DNA from: Octopus vulgaris
Lineage: Eukaryota
DNA: 64,000 bases
Reading direction: 5' to 3'
Assembly (NCBI GenBank): GCA_951406725.2
Contig: OX597819.1
Coordinates: 55,800,001 to 55,864,000, forward strand
Positions 38,071 through 50,884 of this stretch are shown piece by piece. The position numbers were made by a program, and so were the translations under genes. Every line of letters begins with the position of its first letter. Position 1 is the stretch's first letter. Below the pieces are notes generated by a model. The model was not told where the DNA came from. It saw only the letters and a list, made by a program, of their open reading frames with translations, and searched no databases.

Positions 38071-39341
38071 TGTAGCAATATTGTTTTCTTCATTGCTATC
38101 TTCACTGTTTGAGAAAAGTATTAAGAATGATCTCGTTTGAGATTACAAACATCTTTGGCTAGTTTAACGTTGTTGTAACCACTAACCTGATTGGTTGACA
38201 AGTGATGCGATTTGTCTCCACTTATTTTCGCGCCACTGTCCCGAAACAGCCAATCACGGCCTTTGGTTAAGATTCCATTTCTGAAGTTCGTTTGAGCCAC
38301 CCAAACGGTATATAAAGGAGTGTTTTCAGACACCTTTCGTCTTTGGTTCTAGTCCTTGTGAGGAGTAAACCTCTGACCACACAGAGCATACTCAACCATG
38401 TTCCAGTCCGAAAGGCAGGCGACCACCAAGCAAACCATAATATGAAGACGCTATAGAAACCAGTCATAACGGCATCGCCAACATCGTCTCTACCTACGAA
38501 GATTTAGCTTGTACATAAGATAGCTACAGATTCAACTCATACTGTTAGTGTGAAAATCTCACCACGGAAAAACAGTTGCAGAATATCTATATCAAGAGAA
38601 AAATAACCAAGCAGAACATATAATGAAGACGCTACAAAAACCAAGCGACAGACACGACGTCATCGCCAACATCGTCTCTATCTACGAAGATTTAACTTGT
38701 ACACAAGATAACTACAGATTCAACTCAAGCGGTGAGGTGAAAATCTCACCACGGGAAAACGGCTACAGTAAATATATCTGAAAGAATATCCATATCAAGA
38801 GAAAGATAAACACAAGTGATTCCACTAATCTCAGCTCCGAGACACAACATCTTGATATTGAACTCTTACACTTCGTGTACCTCATAAACAGTAAATCAAT
38901 TACCTGTCTTTAGTTTTAGTTCTTGTAAGAACTGGCTTCAGAGACAGCGCTGCTCAACCAAATGATATGCGATTGTTCCTCCTACAACTAGCTACGACGC
39001 TAATGAACACTCAACACAGAAAGCCTACTATCTTCGCCGCCTCCACCATCAGGTACTTTTCTATGTCAACCGCATTCACCCTGATTGTTCTGTCACACAC
39101 ACGAACACAAAGACACAAACACGTGTTGCATGCACACGTGCGTGCTAACGTTTACAAGCTCCCAACATCAACACGGTTGTAAATAAAGTAATAATTATCT
39201 CTCAAGCAGAAGACTTGTTGTCAATCCACTATGTTCTATTGTTATTGCATGTATTTATGGCTTGTAATAACTCATTAAAAATGGTACCGCGTGCGATTGT
39301 ATTCCATACACAATACGACCGCATGTGATCCTGTTTTTATA
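38071..39341 (+). mobile_element. Probable solo LTR inserted in the Penelope 3' region
   Basis: Starts TG and has CCAAT boxes and TATATAAAG (about 38310), an internal duplication of about 180 bp (38440-38800) and AATAAA at about 39182. It is flanked by CCAT/CCAT. The right end reads TA rather than CA. Confidence 0.5.
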
Positions 39342-39489
39342 CCATTTTCCAATGTGTATCTATCAAAGTAATTACATTTCTGCATATAACTTTATCTTGC
39401 TCCATTCTAAACAAAACTGTCCTGCGAACGGGAACATGAAACTCTGAGTAACAGTTTTTGTGATATTTTGGCTGCTTTTTAATAAAGTG

Positions 39490-39602
<113 letters not shown>

Positions 39603-39871
39603 ATATAATGTAGGACAATCAATAAGTTGTCATAATAATACTCAGAGTTTCAAATACTGGAGGTGAAAGCTTCTAGGCATTTTTCATCAGTTATTAAGAC
39701 AATATATATATATATATATATGTTTGTGTGTGTCTTTGTGATGGCTGAAACAAGTAAACGATAAAAGATTCCTCTGTGTGTGTGTTGCTGACGTCATAAG
39801 AATTTATAAACTTTTGAGAGAACGTGAAATAATTCTTTTTTGGAACATTGAATCTCGAAGCGCACATAAAG

Positions 39872-39962
<91 letters not shown>

Positions 39963-39971
39963 CCTAAGTAC

Positions 39972-40066
<95 letters not shown>

Positions 40067-40135
40067 CCTACCTACCTACCTACCTACCTACCCACCTATC
40101 TATCTATCTATCTATCTACCTATCTATCTATCTTT
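39872..40135. repeat. (TATC)n microsatellite; other large tracts include (TATG)n 54545-55025, (CTAT)n/(GATA)n 53002-53176, (CA)n 34943-35034 and many (TA)n
   Basis: Directly visible simple repeats. Confidence 0.97.
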
Positions 40136-40353
40136 ATACACGCACACACACACACATGCGCACAGACATATATACACATACATACATACATATACATTAT
40201 ATACATACGTACATGCATACCGACATACATGTATATATGTGTGTGTGTTTGTGTGTGTGTGTGTGAGACACAATATATATATGTATATGCATGTAGTAGG
40301 AAGCCAAGAAAAATCTATATGTATGTATGCACACACACGCATACGCGTGCGCC

Positions 40354-40385
<32 letters not shown>

Positions 40386-40984
40386 ACAAGAAACCCCAAA
40401 ACGTTTATATGTATTTATGTATGCCCTTATGTATGTACGTATGTATATATGTGTCTGCATACATACACACGCATGCAAACATACCGATAAAGATTGAAAG
40501 CAAATTTATGACGTGAATATGGTTTTGTAATTAGGTAATTTTTCACATGACTATGACAAATAGAAATGTTTAAAATGATGTATTACATACAACCGACTTC
40601 GCAATTTAAGATGTTATAAAAACAGCATGTTTAAAGGAAGGTCTATAAAGGTCGCGGGTAGCTGTTCTTCCTTGTGCTTCATTCAGTAATATAGTATTTG
40701 ATGCAGTTCAGTTATGTAACTGTAGAGAAATGTTTTTATTTAAAAAATCATATACAGAAGCGCAGGCATAACTGTGTGGTAAGAAATTTGCTTCTCAACT
40801 ACATGTTGCCGGGTTCAGTCCCACTGCGTGATGGCTTGGGCAAGTATCATCTATCTTCTACTGTAGCTCCGGACCATCCCAAGCCTTGTGAGTGGATTTA
40901 GTAGAGGGTTATGTATATACATACATACATACATACATAATACTTACACACACACACACACATATATATATGTGTGTGTGTGTG

Positions 40985-41047
<63 letters not shown>

Positions 41048-41198
41048 GAGTGGGTGTGTGGTAGCTTGCTTACGAACCACATGGTTCCGGGTTCAGTCCC
41101 ACTGCGTGGCACCCTGGCCAAGTGTCTTCTACTATAGCCTCGGGCCGACCAAAGCCTTGTGAGTGGATTTTGTAGACGGAAAGTGAAAGAATCCCGTC

Positions 41199-41267
<69 letters not shown>

Positions 41268-43129
41268 TGTATGTATGTATGTATGTATGTATGTATGTGT
41301 GTGTGTGTATGTGTGTTTGTGTGTCTGTGTTTGTTCCCCAACATCGCTTGACAACCGATGCTGGTGTGTTTACGTCCACGTAACTTAACGGTTCGGCAAA
41401 AGAGACTGATAGAATAAGTACTAGGCTTACAAAGAATAAGACCTGGGGGCGATTTGCTCGACTAAAGGCGGTACTCCAACATCGCCACAGTCAAATGACT
41501 GAAACAAGGAAAAGAGTAAAAAAGTGTATATATATATATATATATAAAACCCTGATAAGAGCTTTTTTGTCGTTCTCACAGCGGTAACAATTTGATAAGG
41601 AGCCCTGAAAAGGGTTGCAATGCGTTCTCAGGTGGAGTAACAATTGTGTGTAAAATAGCCCTGAAAAGGGGTTTTATTTTCGTTTACACCGAAAGCAACG
41701 GAACTGTTGTGAAATGTGAAACTCTGTGAAAACAGATGACAAACCTAGGTTGGACAAAGGAACAGAAACATGGTTGAATAAAGTTAGTAACTTTGAAAGC
41801 ATGACTACAGTAGCACATATCAGGTCTGCAAAGTTGCACTGGTGTAGTGGAGGCACCGAGGTTCACGAATTTGAAAGCAATTGGCGCGTGAAGTGCCTAC
41901 AACACTTCTTTGTAAACCACATTTTTCGGTTTGCCATTAGGGGCAAGTACGAATAGATTATGTTTGCTTCCAACTCTGGAACATCCGACGTATCACTGGC
42001 CATGAGAGAAACATGATTTGGATGAACTGTTGGACTATGTTTAAATTGCGAGTTTTAAAAAAACCCGGCAAAAGGGCTCATTGAAAAATAAATTTGGGAC
42101 GATGTATAAAAATGAGCCTACTAAATGTATTATTCAAAAATGGTGGAAGCAGAGACAGACCTTTAGTTATGTAGACACAAAGACACCGAATACAATATTT
42201 TTTTAACGACATGTAAAGTAAAAACTGGTAGCAGAGAGTATTAAATTAAAGCAATTATGTACGTCTAATAGTAGTCCTAACTTGTGACCCGAAGCCGGTA
42301 TCAGATATGCGCAAAAGCGCATCATTAATTACGATTTGACACTGATATGATCAGGTGAACAGTGTTCCACCAATGAAATTCAGTCAAAGAATTAATTTGA
42401 CCAGCTCATTACAGTGGACAATCAATAGTGTTCACGCGCATAGTTCAAAGGTCATGTTCGCTGTTCACCTGTTATTGGCAGACCGTTGACATAATGCCAT
42501 TAAGGAAAATGGTGGTGAAAAGGAGACATTATGATCGTCGGCGATAATGGGGGTGGGGAGAGGGGAAGTCAGCAAGCACTGAGTACGTGGTCAAAGCAGT
42601 CATTCACCAAATAAGAGACTGAAGTGGAGTGGGGACATCATGGCTGTAGGCGATAATGGGGGTACATAGATAAAAAAAGCGGGGTGCGCACTAATAGTGT
42701 TCATGCCCACTTGTCAAAGGTCATGCTCGCAGTTCACCCCGTGTTATCACACCAAGAGTGGAGGGTAATTAAAGAAAATTGAAGGCGGCAAGCTGGCAGA
42801 AACGTTAGCACGCCGGGCGAAATGCGCAGCCGTATTTCGTCTGCCGTTACGTTGTGAGTTCAAATTCCGCCGAGGTAGACTTTGCCTTTCATCCTTTCGG
42901 GGTCGATAAATAAGTACCAGTTACACACTGGGGTCGATATAATCGACTTAATCCGTTTGTCTGTCCTTGCTTGTCCCTTCTGTGTTTAGCCCCTTGTGGT
43001 TAGTAAAGAAATAGGTAATTAAAGAAAATTTGTACTGAAGTGAGGAGGGGGAAGGGGTGAGGCATCATGACCGTAGGCGATAATGGTGGGGGTGAGTAAA
43101 TTCTAATGTACATACATCAAATCAGTAAG

Positions 43130-43800
43130 GTACAACTGCCTCACAATCCTTGGCACGTGAGTAAACGGCTGAAGTTGTAAGCAAAAAAAAACGAAGTTTA
43201 ATCCAGTAAATTGCAAATTTAATGCAAATAAAATTGACAAAACATTAGTTTAAAACAATCAATTAAACATGGGTAATATTCTTGCCAAATTTGGAGCGAA
43301 TCGGCTTTGTAACTGCGGAAGTTATTGGCAAAAAACCGAATTTTACGTAGTTATTGGCAGACTTTTCTCATTCAGCGCGGATCGACTTGACAAAAACATA
43401 AGTTTAAAACAATTCTTAAAGCATAAGTAATGTTTGTGCCAAATCTGGAGCAAATCGGTTGGAAACTGCGGAAGATATTGGCAAAAAAAAAAAAAAAAAC
43501 GAATAAAAAACCCGGTTTTTACGCAGTTATTAGCGGATTTTTCATAATTAATGTGGATGACCTTGACAAAAATTTTAAGAAAAACAATTCTTATGTCATG
43601 AGTAATGCTTGTGATAAGTATGGAGGAAATCGCTCGAAAAACCTAGGAGTTATGGGCAATAAACTGGTTTTCTGGTTTTCTGAAAGATTCCTAATGTGAA
43701 ATCAAGTCATACATGGGGACGGTCATATTTTATGAAAGCTGAAATGAAAATCAAGTATACAATGACAGTGGTTGTTTGGCAAAAAAATATAATAATAGCG
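43130..43800. repeat. Degenerate tandem subrepeats of about 130-150 bp (Helitron/Helentron-like internal repeats)
   Basis: Three or more units of TTGACAAAA...AAACAAT...TAAT....GCCAAAT.TGGAG..AATCGG....AACTGCGGAAG.TATTGGCAAAAAA. Confidence 0.6.
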
Positions 43801-44860
43801 TATACTTAAGTTCTGAAGGTGTCACGGATGTTTTCAGCAGATAAAATTATGCAGATGCTTTTGACTAACTTAAGAGGGACATTTACTCCGGTGTGTCTCG
43901 TAGGGCAGGAATTGAGAAGAGGACATTGTTTGGAGTCTGTAGGTTTACACAATATGTCTGTCTCTATTGGGTTCTTGTGTCTGGGGAGAAACAACACGCC
44001 AATAATAACAACACACGCATAGGTTCAATTCCACTTCTTTATCATTAGTCAGTTGGTTAAGATGGCGGCGAGTTGGCAGAAACGTTAGCACGCCGGGCGA
44101 AATGCGTGGCCGTATTTCGTCTGCCGTTACGTTCTGAGTTCAAATTCCGCCGAGGTCGATTTGCCTTTCATCCTTTCGTGGTCGATAAATTAAGTACCTG
44201 TTACGCACTGGGGTCGATATAATCGACTTAATCCGTTTGTCTGTCCTTGTTTGTCCCCTCTGTGTGTAGCCCCTTGTGGGTAGTAAAGAAATAGGTTAAG
44301 ATGGCGAGCTTGCAGAACCGTCAGCACGCCGGGAAAATGGGTATTAGTATTGGCTACATTTAGTAGTGAATTATAGATTTTTGTTAAATCCACCGAAGTA
44401 GTGTTTTGATGTTTTAAGTTTCTCAGTGCTTTCGTACTATAAAATGAAGCAATCGTCAAAGTTCCTTTTCCAGTTTTCTTGTTTATGTTTAAAGAAAGAG
44501 TCGCCATATTTTTGTCATGATTTTTTGTCCATCAACAGTGCTAGATGTTGCTAAATTTGCAAAGGAGGGGTACTATTTTCTTCCCCATGACGATCCCAGA
44601 TTTCCGTCGATAAAAGTTCTCGTTAAGCATATAATAGTTATTCCGTATAATGAAGTTGAGTTCTCTTATGATTAATTCCTTTTCTATGCGTTGTGGTAGT
44701 TCGACAGAATAATTATCCAACCTGAATTTAATGGCTTCTATTCCAAATTCATGAGGGATGTTTCGATAAAGATTCATTACATCGAAAGAAACAATTGCAA
44801 TTTTTTTCATTGACTGTTTTCAGAATGTGATATAATACATCGAAATGACCTTTTATAAAA
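43800..44860 (-). mobile_element. Penelope-like RT fragments interrupted by a SINE
   Basis: Translations IVSFDVMNLYRNIPHEFGIEAIKF...NENFYRRKSGIVMG and IETDILCKPTDSKQ...SCP.RHT..NVP. Confidence 0.82.
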
Positions 44861-45085
44861 TTTCTAATGTTCTAAGAGTGCTTTGAGTAGGAGCAGGTCA
44901 TTACTGGATCGTTTCTGATGTGGTCCAAGATTGAAATGTCTATGCTGTTGTAAAAGCATCTTATATTCAGTACCTGTATCTTCCGAAGACTTGGAAAGTA
45001 CCTGCGCATTCACGTGGTTGATCTTTGTCATGATGGCGTTTCTCTTCCTCCTAATTGGCTTGAGTTTGAATGATGCAGTCATTAA

Positions 45086-45188
<103 letters not shown>

Positions 45189-46021
45189 TACATAGGTGCA
45201 GGAGTGCCTGTGTGGCAAGAAGTTTGCTTCCCAGCCACAGGGTTCCAGGTTCAGTCCCACTGTGTGGCACCTTCGGCAAGTGTCGTCTACTATAACCTCG
45301 GGCCGAAGCCTTGTGAGTGGATTTGGTAGACGGAAGCTGAAAGAAGCCCATCGTGTATATATATATATATATAAAGTTAATCCAAACAAGAAAACAAAAA
45401 GGCATCAACGCGAGGATGTGGAACAAATAAAGTATTATTGGACGCTCAGGAAAGAAGGGAAGAAGGAGGGTATGACGTTTCGAGCGGAGCTCTTCGTCGG
45501 AAACATAGGAGAAAGAAAGATCCCGAGGCGGGAGGACAGAGGGAAAAAAAATTGCAGGTAGTCTTCACGAGGTGACATACTGAAAAGACAGAAGTGGTGA
45601 AAAAGGAGGAACATGTTTTTAAAAACAGGAGAGCTGAATCAAAGAAGGAATGGTAAAAAAGGTGTGCGAGATGACAAGGGTGTGTGTGTGAGTGTGTGCG
45701 TGTATGTGTATGTGTGTGTATGGTGGACAATGGCTAGTGGCAGGCAGTAGTAGAATTAAAGGGGTGGTGTGTGGGTACCCTAGCAAGTCAGGAAGTCAGG
45801 TCAGAAACAGGGAGGTATGTGTGTGTGCGTGTATATGTATCGTGTGTGTGTTTTGTTGTAGTATGTGTGTGTGTGTACGTGTGCGTATTTTTGTGTGTGT
45901 ATGGCGAGTAACTGTGCTTAACTAAGTGTATGTGTGCGTGTGTGCTTGTACGTGCGTATATGTATAATTGTGTGCGTGTATGTATGGTTGTGTGCCGTAT
46001 GGGATGTGTGTGTGAGTTCAT

Positions 46022-46083
<62 letters not shown>

Positions 46084-46359
46084 AATATATATGTATTAGT
46101 GTGCCTGTGTTTGTTCCACCATCATCGCTTGACAACCGATGCTGGTGTGTTTACGTCCTTGTAACTTAGCGGTTCAGCAAAAGAGACCGATACAATAAGT
46201 ACTAGGCTTGCAAAGAATAAGTCTTGGGTTCGATTTGTTAGACTAAGGGCGGTGCTCCAGCATAGCCGCACTCAAATGGCTGAAACAATTAAAAAAATAA
46301 AAGAATATATATGTATAAATGTACATGTATATGTAGATGTATGTACATATATACATATA

Positions 46360-46753
46360 CTAGCAGTATCGCCCGGCGTTGCTCGGGTTGTAAGGGAAAT
46401 AACTATATAAGCATTTTTAGAGAGTTATAGCCCAAAAATAGCAAAAAAATGCATTAAAAATTGAAAAAAAATTAAGGTAAATTTTTTTTTAAATCGTTGA
46501 CACATCGTAGATATTTTTAGAGAGTTACTTCCCTTATATAAAAGCGAAAAAAATGCATTAAAATGGAAAATATGATGGTAAATTTTTTTTAAATCGTAGA
46601 CTCATCGTAGACGCACGCTAATACCCAGAAGGGCTCGATATGAATCACGACTATAAGATACCCGCTTTTGGTTAAACTGCACCGCAAAATGTGGGAGTAG
46701 TTAGGAATCTAAATCGTAGGAGACAGACACACAACTTCACTCTTATATAAAGA
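46360..46753 (-). mobile_element. Non-autonomous Helitron
   Basis: The minus strand begins A|TC and ends with the hairpin CCCGAGCAACGCCGGG followed by CTAG|T. A related 3' end lies at about 11703-11740. Confidence 0.75.
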
Positions 46754-47975
46754 TGCTTTTTTTTTTCAGTCATAGAGTTAGATTTATGAAGGTCTTCAGT
46801 AGAAAATCCTTCGAATTCTGACTCGCTGCTTGATATAATGAAATTCGTATCCATTTTTTGTCAGAATTACAAATTTTGAAAACACAATAGGAACAAATTT
46901 CGGAAAAAAATCTCCCATAATTCACGGAATTAAAATTACACTTCGATTTTTGTACAAAACTGTAGTTGAAGTGTTTACGAAGTATAATACGTGTTTTCAC
47001 GAATGTACTAAAGAGATTTGCTCTGATATTCTCATTTAAATATGAATAGGTAAATTCGGGCGGCTTGGTAACGAAAGGGTTAAACGGATGCATACATTTA
47101 TTAATCTCTTATTATAATAACTATATATAAGTGTCGTCTGTTTATACATAAACACTGTTTCATACTGCAATTATATATACATATATCTATATATAATATT
47201 ATATAATAAAATATATACAGAGTAAAATAAAAACCAATTTACCTTTTCTGTCCGTCCGTGTGTCTTTGCAAATGTGTTGGAATGATAAGTGAGTTGGGTT
47301 TTGGCGCCTTTTTTACTAATAACAAACACACACGTGTTTGTATGTAGTTGTATGTGTATGTAGTTGTATGTAGTTGTATATGTATGTGTATGCGTGTGTG
47401 TGAGGAATGACACACACACACACTCACGCACGCACACATGTACATCAATGCTTTCAAGTGATATGTTAAAATATTGAGTTTTCTCGAATTTTGTCTTAAT
47501 TGGGGGTGAAATTGAAAGAAATATATTATGGCATGAGCGAATGGAGTACTTTGAAAAATCTTAGGTAAATTCTAATTGAAGAAATTGTGTGAGGAGTAAA
47601 TGGTTATGTATTTATTTGTTTCTGTTTGCTGTGTTTTTTTATTTTTTGAGTAGTGGTTTAAATACTTTCAGTTTAGTCTTCCTCAAATCACTCTGTCGCT
47701 ATTTACTTTCATTTTATTCGTTGCACACTGTGTGTGTGCGTTTGCGTGTGGTGTAAACCAGACTAAGAAAAGCATTTGACACACACACCAGAATGTGAGT
47801 TTTCTGTAAATTTTGCTTAATTGGAGTTTAAATTTTAAAAACTGGACCTGGCATGACGCGATGCATTCTACTCTTAAAAATGCTAGGTAAATTGTAATTG
47901 AAGAAATCCTATATTGTAGATTTCTATAACTCCCAAAGGGAGGCAGATAAAATCTGCCTTTTATAATAAGAGATA

Positions 47976-48868
47976 TGAGGTCTGATCAATAAATATCCGG
48001 ACTGTTGATATAGTAACGAAGCTAAAGCATGCTGAGCGAAGCCGTTTGGGTAAAGATCGACTTTGAACTCTTCTGTGTATGCGTACTAAGTTTTAACGTT
48101 CTATCTCACTTCCGCTATTTACAGCAGTGCTTGGAAGGAAGGTGTGTAGCGTGTGAGCGTTTCATTGACCCTGACAGAGAAAGCTGTCATGGCAATATCT
48201 GCTCGGAGTCCCATGCAAAGTCGCAAAAAGTGTATGGGGAGGAGTGTATCAGCCGCACAGAAGTGTACGAGTAGTTCAGGCGTTTCCAAAATGACCGATG
48301 AAAATGTCGATTTTGACGATTCTGGGAGACCTGTAACCAGCAGAACTGAGGAAAACATCGCAGATGTGCATGCAGCTGTGTGGGGAAATCGTCGAATGAC
48401 TATCCGTGAGTTATCAGAGGATGTGCAGATTAGTTACGGTTCAGTTCAGTCCATTATCACTAAAGATTTAGATATGAGACGCATGTCTGCCAAATTTGTG
48501 CCAAAACTGCTTTCAGCTGACCAAAAAACACTCGGATTTCAGTTGCACAAGATCTCCTTGATTGTTTCCAGAACGATTAAAACTTTTTGAAAACTTTACG
48601 TAGGCCCCTGAGCAGGTATCGTCAAACTTTTGGCAAAATTTGATGCAGATTCCCAGCTCAACCTTCTCTGACATGTTCAATGCGACGATCACACGGTACA
48701 CACATTCCTTCCAAGCACTGCTGTAATCAGCGGAAGTGAGCTAGAACATTAAAACTTAGTGTGCATGTGCAGCGGAGTTCAAGGTCAATCTGTGGTAAGC
48801 GGCTTTACGCTGCGTGCATTTAGCTTTGTTACTACGGCAACAGTTTTATACTTATTGATAAGACCTCG
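47976..48868. mobile_element. Mariner derivative built from two inverted 5' ends
   Basis: TA|(T/C)GAGGTCT.ATCAATAA termini with about 200 bp of inverted identity. The + strand encodes DDSGRPVT...RRMTIRELSE...SAKFVPKLL, and the - arm encodes the transposase start MSEKVELGICIKFCQK. Confidence 0.88.
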
Positions 48869-48888
48869 TATATGTATACATGATATAT

Positions 48889-48933
<45 letters not shown>

Positions 48934-49020
48934 TGTATGTATAATTAATTAGAAAAAACGGAGAAAAAACACAAGAAAAAACGACGCGAGGACATGGTAA
49001 TCGGGGAAGTAAAGAAAGGG

Positions 49021-49057
49021 TGTTTTACGTTTCGAGCAAAGCTCTTCTTCAGAAACA
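49021..49057 (-). ncRNA. Minimal type I hammerhead ribozyme (intact core) in a Penelope-type terminus
   Basis: Minus strand: TGTTT-CTGAAGA-A-GAGC-TTT-GCTC-GAAA-CG-TA-AAACA. Stems I and II pair, and stem III is reduced to the palindrome ACGT. Confidence 0.8.
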
Positions 49058-50479
49058 GGCGACAGAAGAAAGTCCAAGATAAAAGGAAGACGGAGGGGGA
49101 AAAATCGCCAACAAACAACATGTAGTTATATTTTGGAATATACATATATTCTGTTAACGTTTTGGCGTTCAGACGAGTGTACTGGCATAGATGTGGCAAC
49201 ATTTGAAATTTTGTCCAGGTATATGCAGCTAATGAAGACAAATCAAATCTACGTTGTCAAACGTATTTGAAGAGTCTGAAACCGGTCCTGCATTATCCGT
49301 TTCTAGGTTTTTCATTTTTCAGATGTTCTTCCTAGAGGTAAGACAAATTCTTTTCATGTTTGTTGCACACACACGTCTTTGCTAGTATATACGCAGTGAA
49401 GCTATACAATAGCGTCGTATTTATTACGATCGCTATTTTCCAGTAAATATCGGTACCTCGTTGTACCATTTATTTGCTTTTGTATATATATATATATATA
49501 TATATAATCCCACAGACAATTTGTCTACTATCTGTCTGCATATTTCTAAATATTCTATATTTATCCGTCTATCATTACATCTGCACAAGAATTCACCTCC
49601 ATGTTATTTTTGGGTCCTGTTAAAATATGCCGCAACAATATTGTTTGCTTTTGATTATTCCAATGACAAGACTGTATTGATAGTGAATTCACACAAAATG
49701 GCTTATATTTCACAACGGCTTCGTTCAAATATTTTTGCGCTACAACGCAATTTTTGGCCGAATTCCCGATACGTATAAACAGACATAAAGAATGAGAATT
49801 TTTTGTGTATATATATAAACTGAAAAGCAAATAAAATTACATATTTCCTACTTCCTCTCAGAGATATACATTTAACGAGCACACCACTATACACTCTTAC
49901 TGTTTCTACCAAACCTCAAAGATAAAATTGCCGGGAAGAAAAATAAAAGACTATGTCTTTTATCTATTATCTTTTATTTGCTTCAGTCATTAGACTGCGG
50001 TCATGCTGATGCACTGTCGAGCGAATCGATTTCACTAATCTTTAAAAAGTTTGGTGCTTATCATATCGTCCCATTTTTGTTGAACTGCAAAGTTATGGGA
50101 ACGTAAACATACCAGCCCCGGTTGTCAAGCGGTGGTGGGGAACAAACACCGGTGTTATTGGCCCGAGGCTATAGAAGAAGACACTTGCTCAAAGTGCTAC
50201 TCAGTGGGACTGAACCCGGAGCCATGTGATTGGGAAGCAAGCTTCTTACCACGCAACCATCTTGCGTCTGTATTTAAGCTATTTTTCTTTGTTGATAAAA
50301 TAAGCTACGACATCATCTTAGGATTTGACGGTTCCAGATTCTCGGGTGCTGGAAGCGAATTTGGGGCAAAGGGTTCGTGTTTTCGCAAAAAGAAACATAT
50401 AGTTATAGATTTTTGGTTGTGATCGAAAGGGTACAATTTCGAAAACAAGTAACTGAACCGGAGTCCATTCGGAAGATCT

Positions 50480-50790
50480 CTGGAGTAACGTTTCTCGATA
50501 GGGTACGTAGCTTGGAGATCAAGATGCCTTTCCAGGTCGAGCCGTTATTTCTCTGAATTGAGAGATCACTGCCTCCATACTACGAACAGGTAACTTGAAT
50601 GTTACGGGAAAGGATCGAAAACAGATTCTTCAAGCTGAGCCAAACGGCGGAATATCTAGGGGCAGACCACGACCGTGATGGTTGGATAATATCCATAGCC
50701 TCAGTTAGTCTCGTTTGGCAATTCGGTAGAAATGTGTAATGGCGGCTGCTTCTGATAGAACCGAATAGAGGATGTACCTGAGGAATAAAC
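50480..50790 (+). mobile_element. Decayed RTE LINE 3' fragment
   Basis: RGRPRP*WLDNIHSLS-type C-terminal motif, with nucleotide similarity to 17390-17510. Confidence 0.6.
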
Positions 50791-50884
50791 GAACTTTAGG
50801 TTTGTTAAAATACATTTGTGACATATTCTAACTTCCGAAGTCAATTCATTGCAGTTACCCTAGTAGCCGATATCGGTGACTGAG

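Noticed and set aside
42420-43700. Spaced short repeats superficially like a CRISPR array
   Set aside because: The context is eukaryotic, the repeats are degenerate with irregular spacing, and there are no cas genes.
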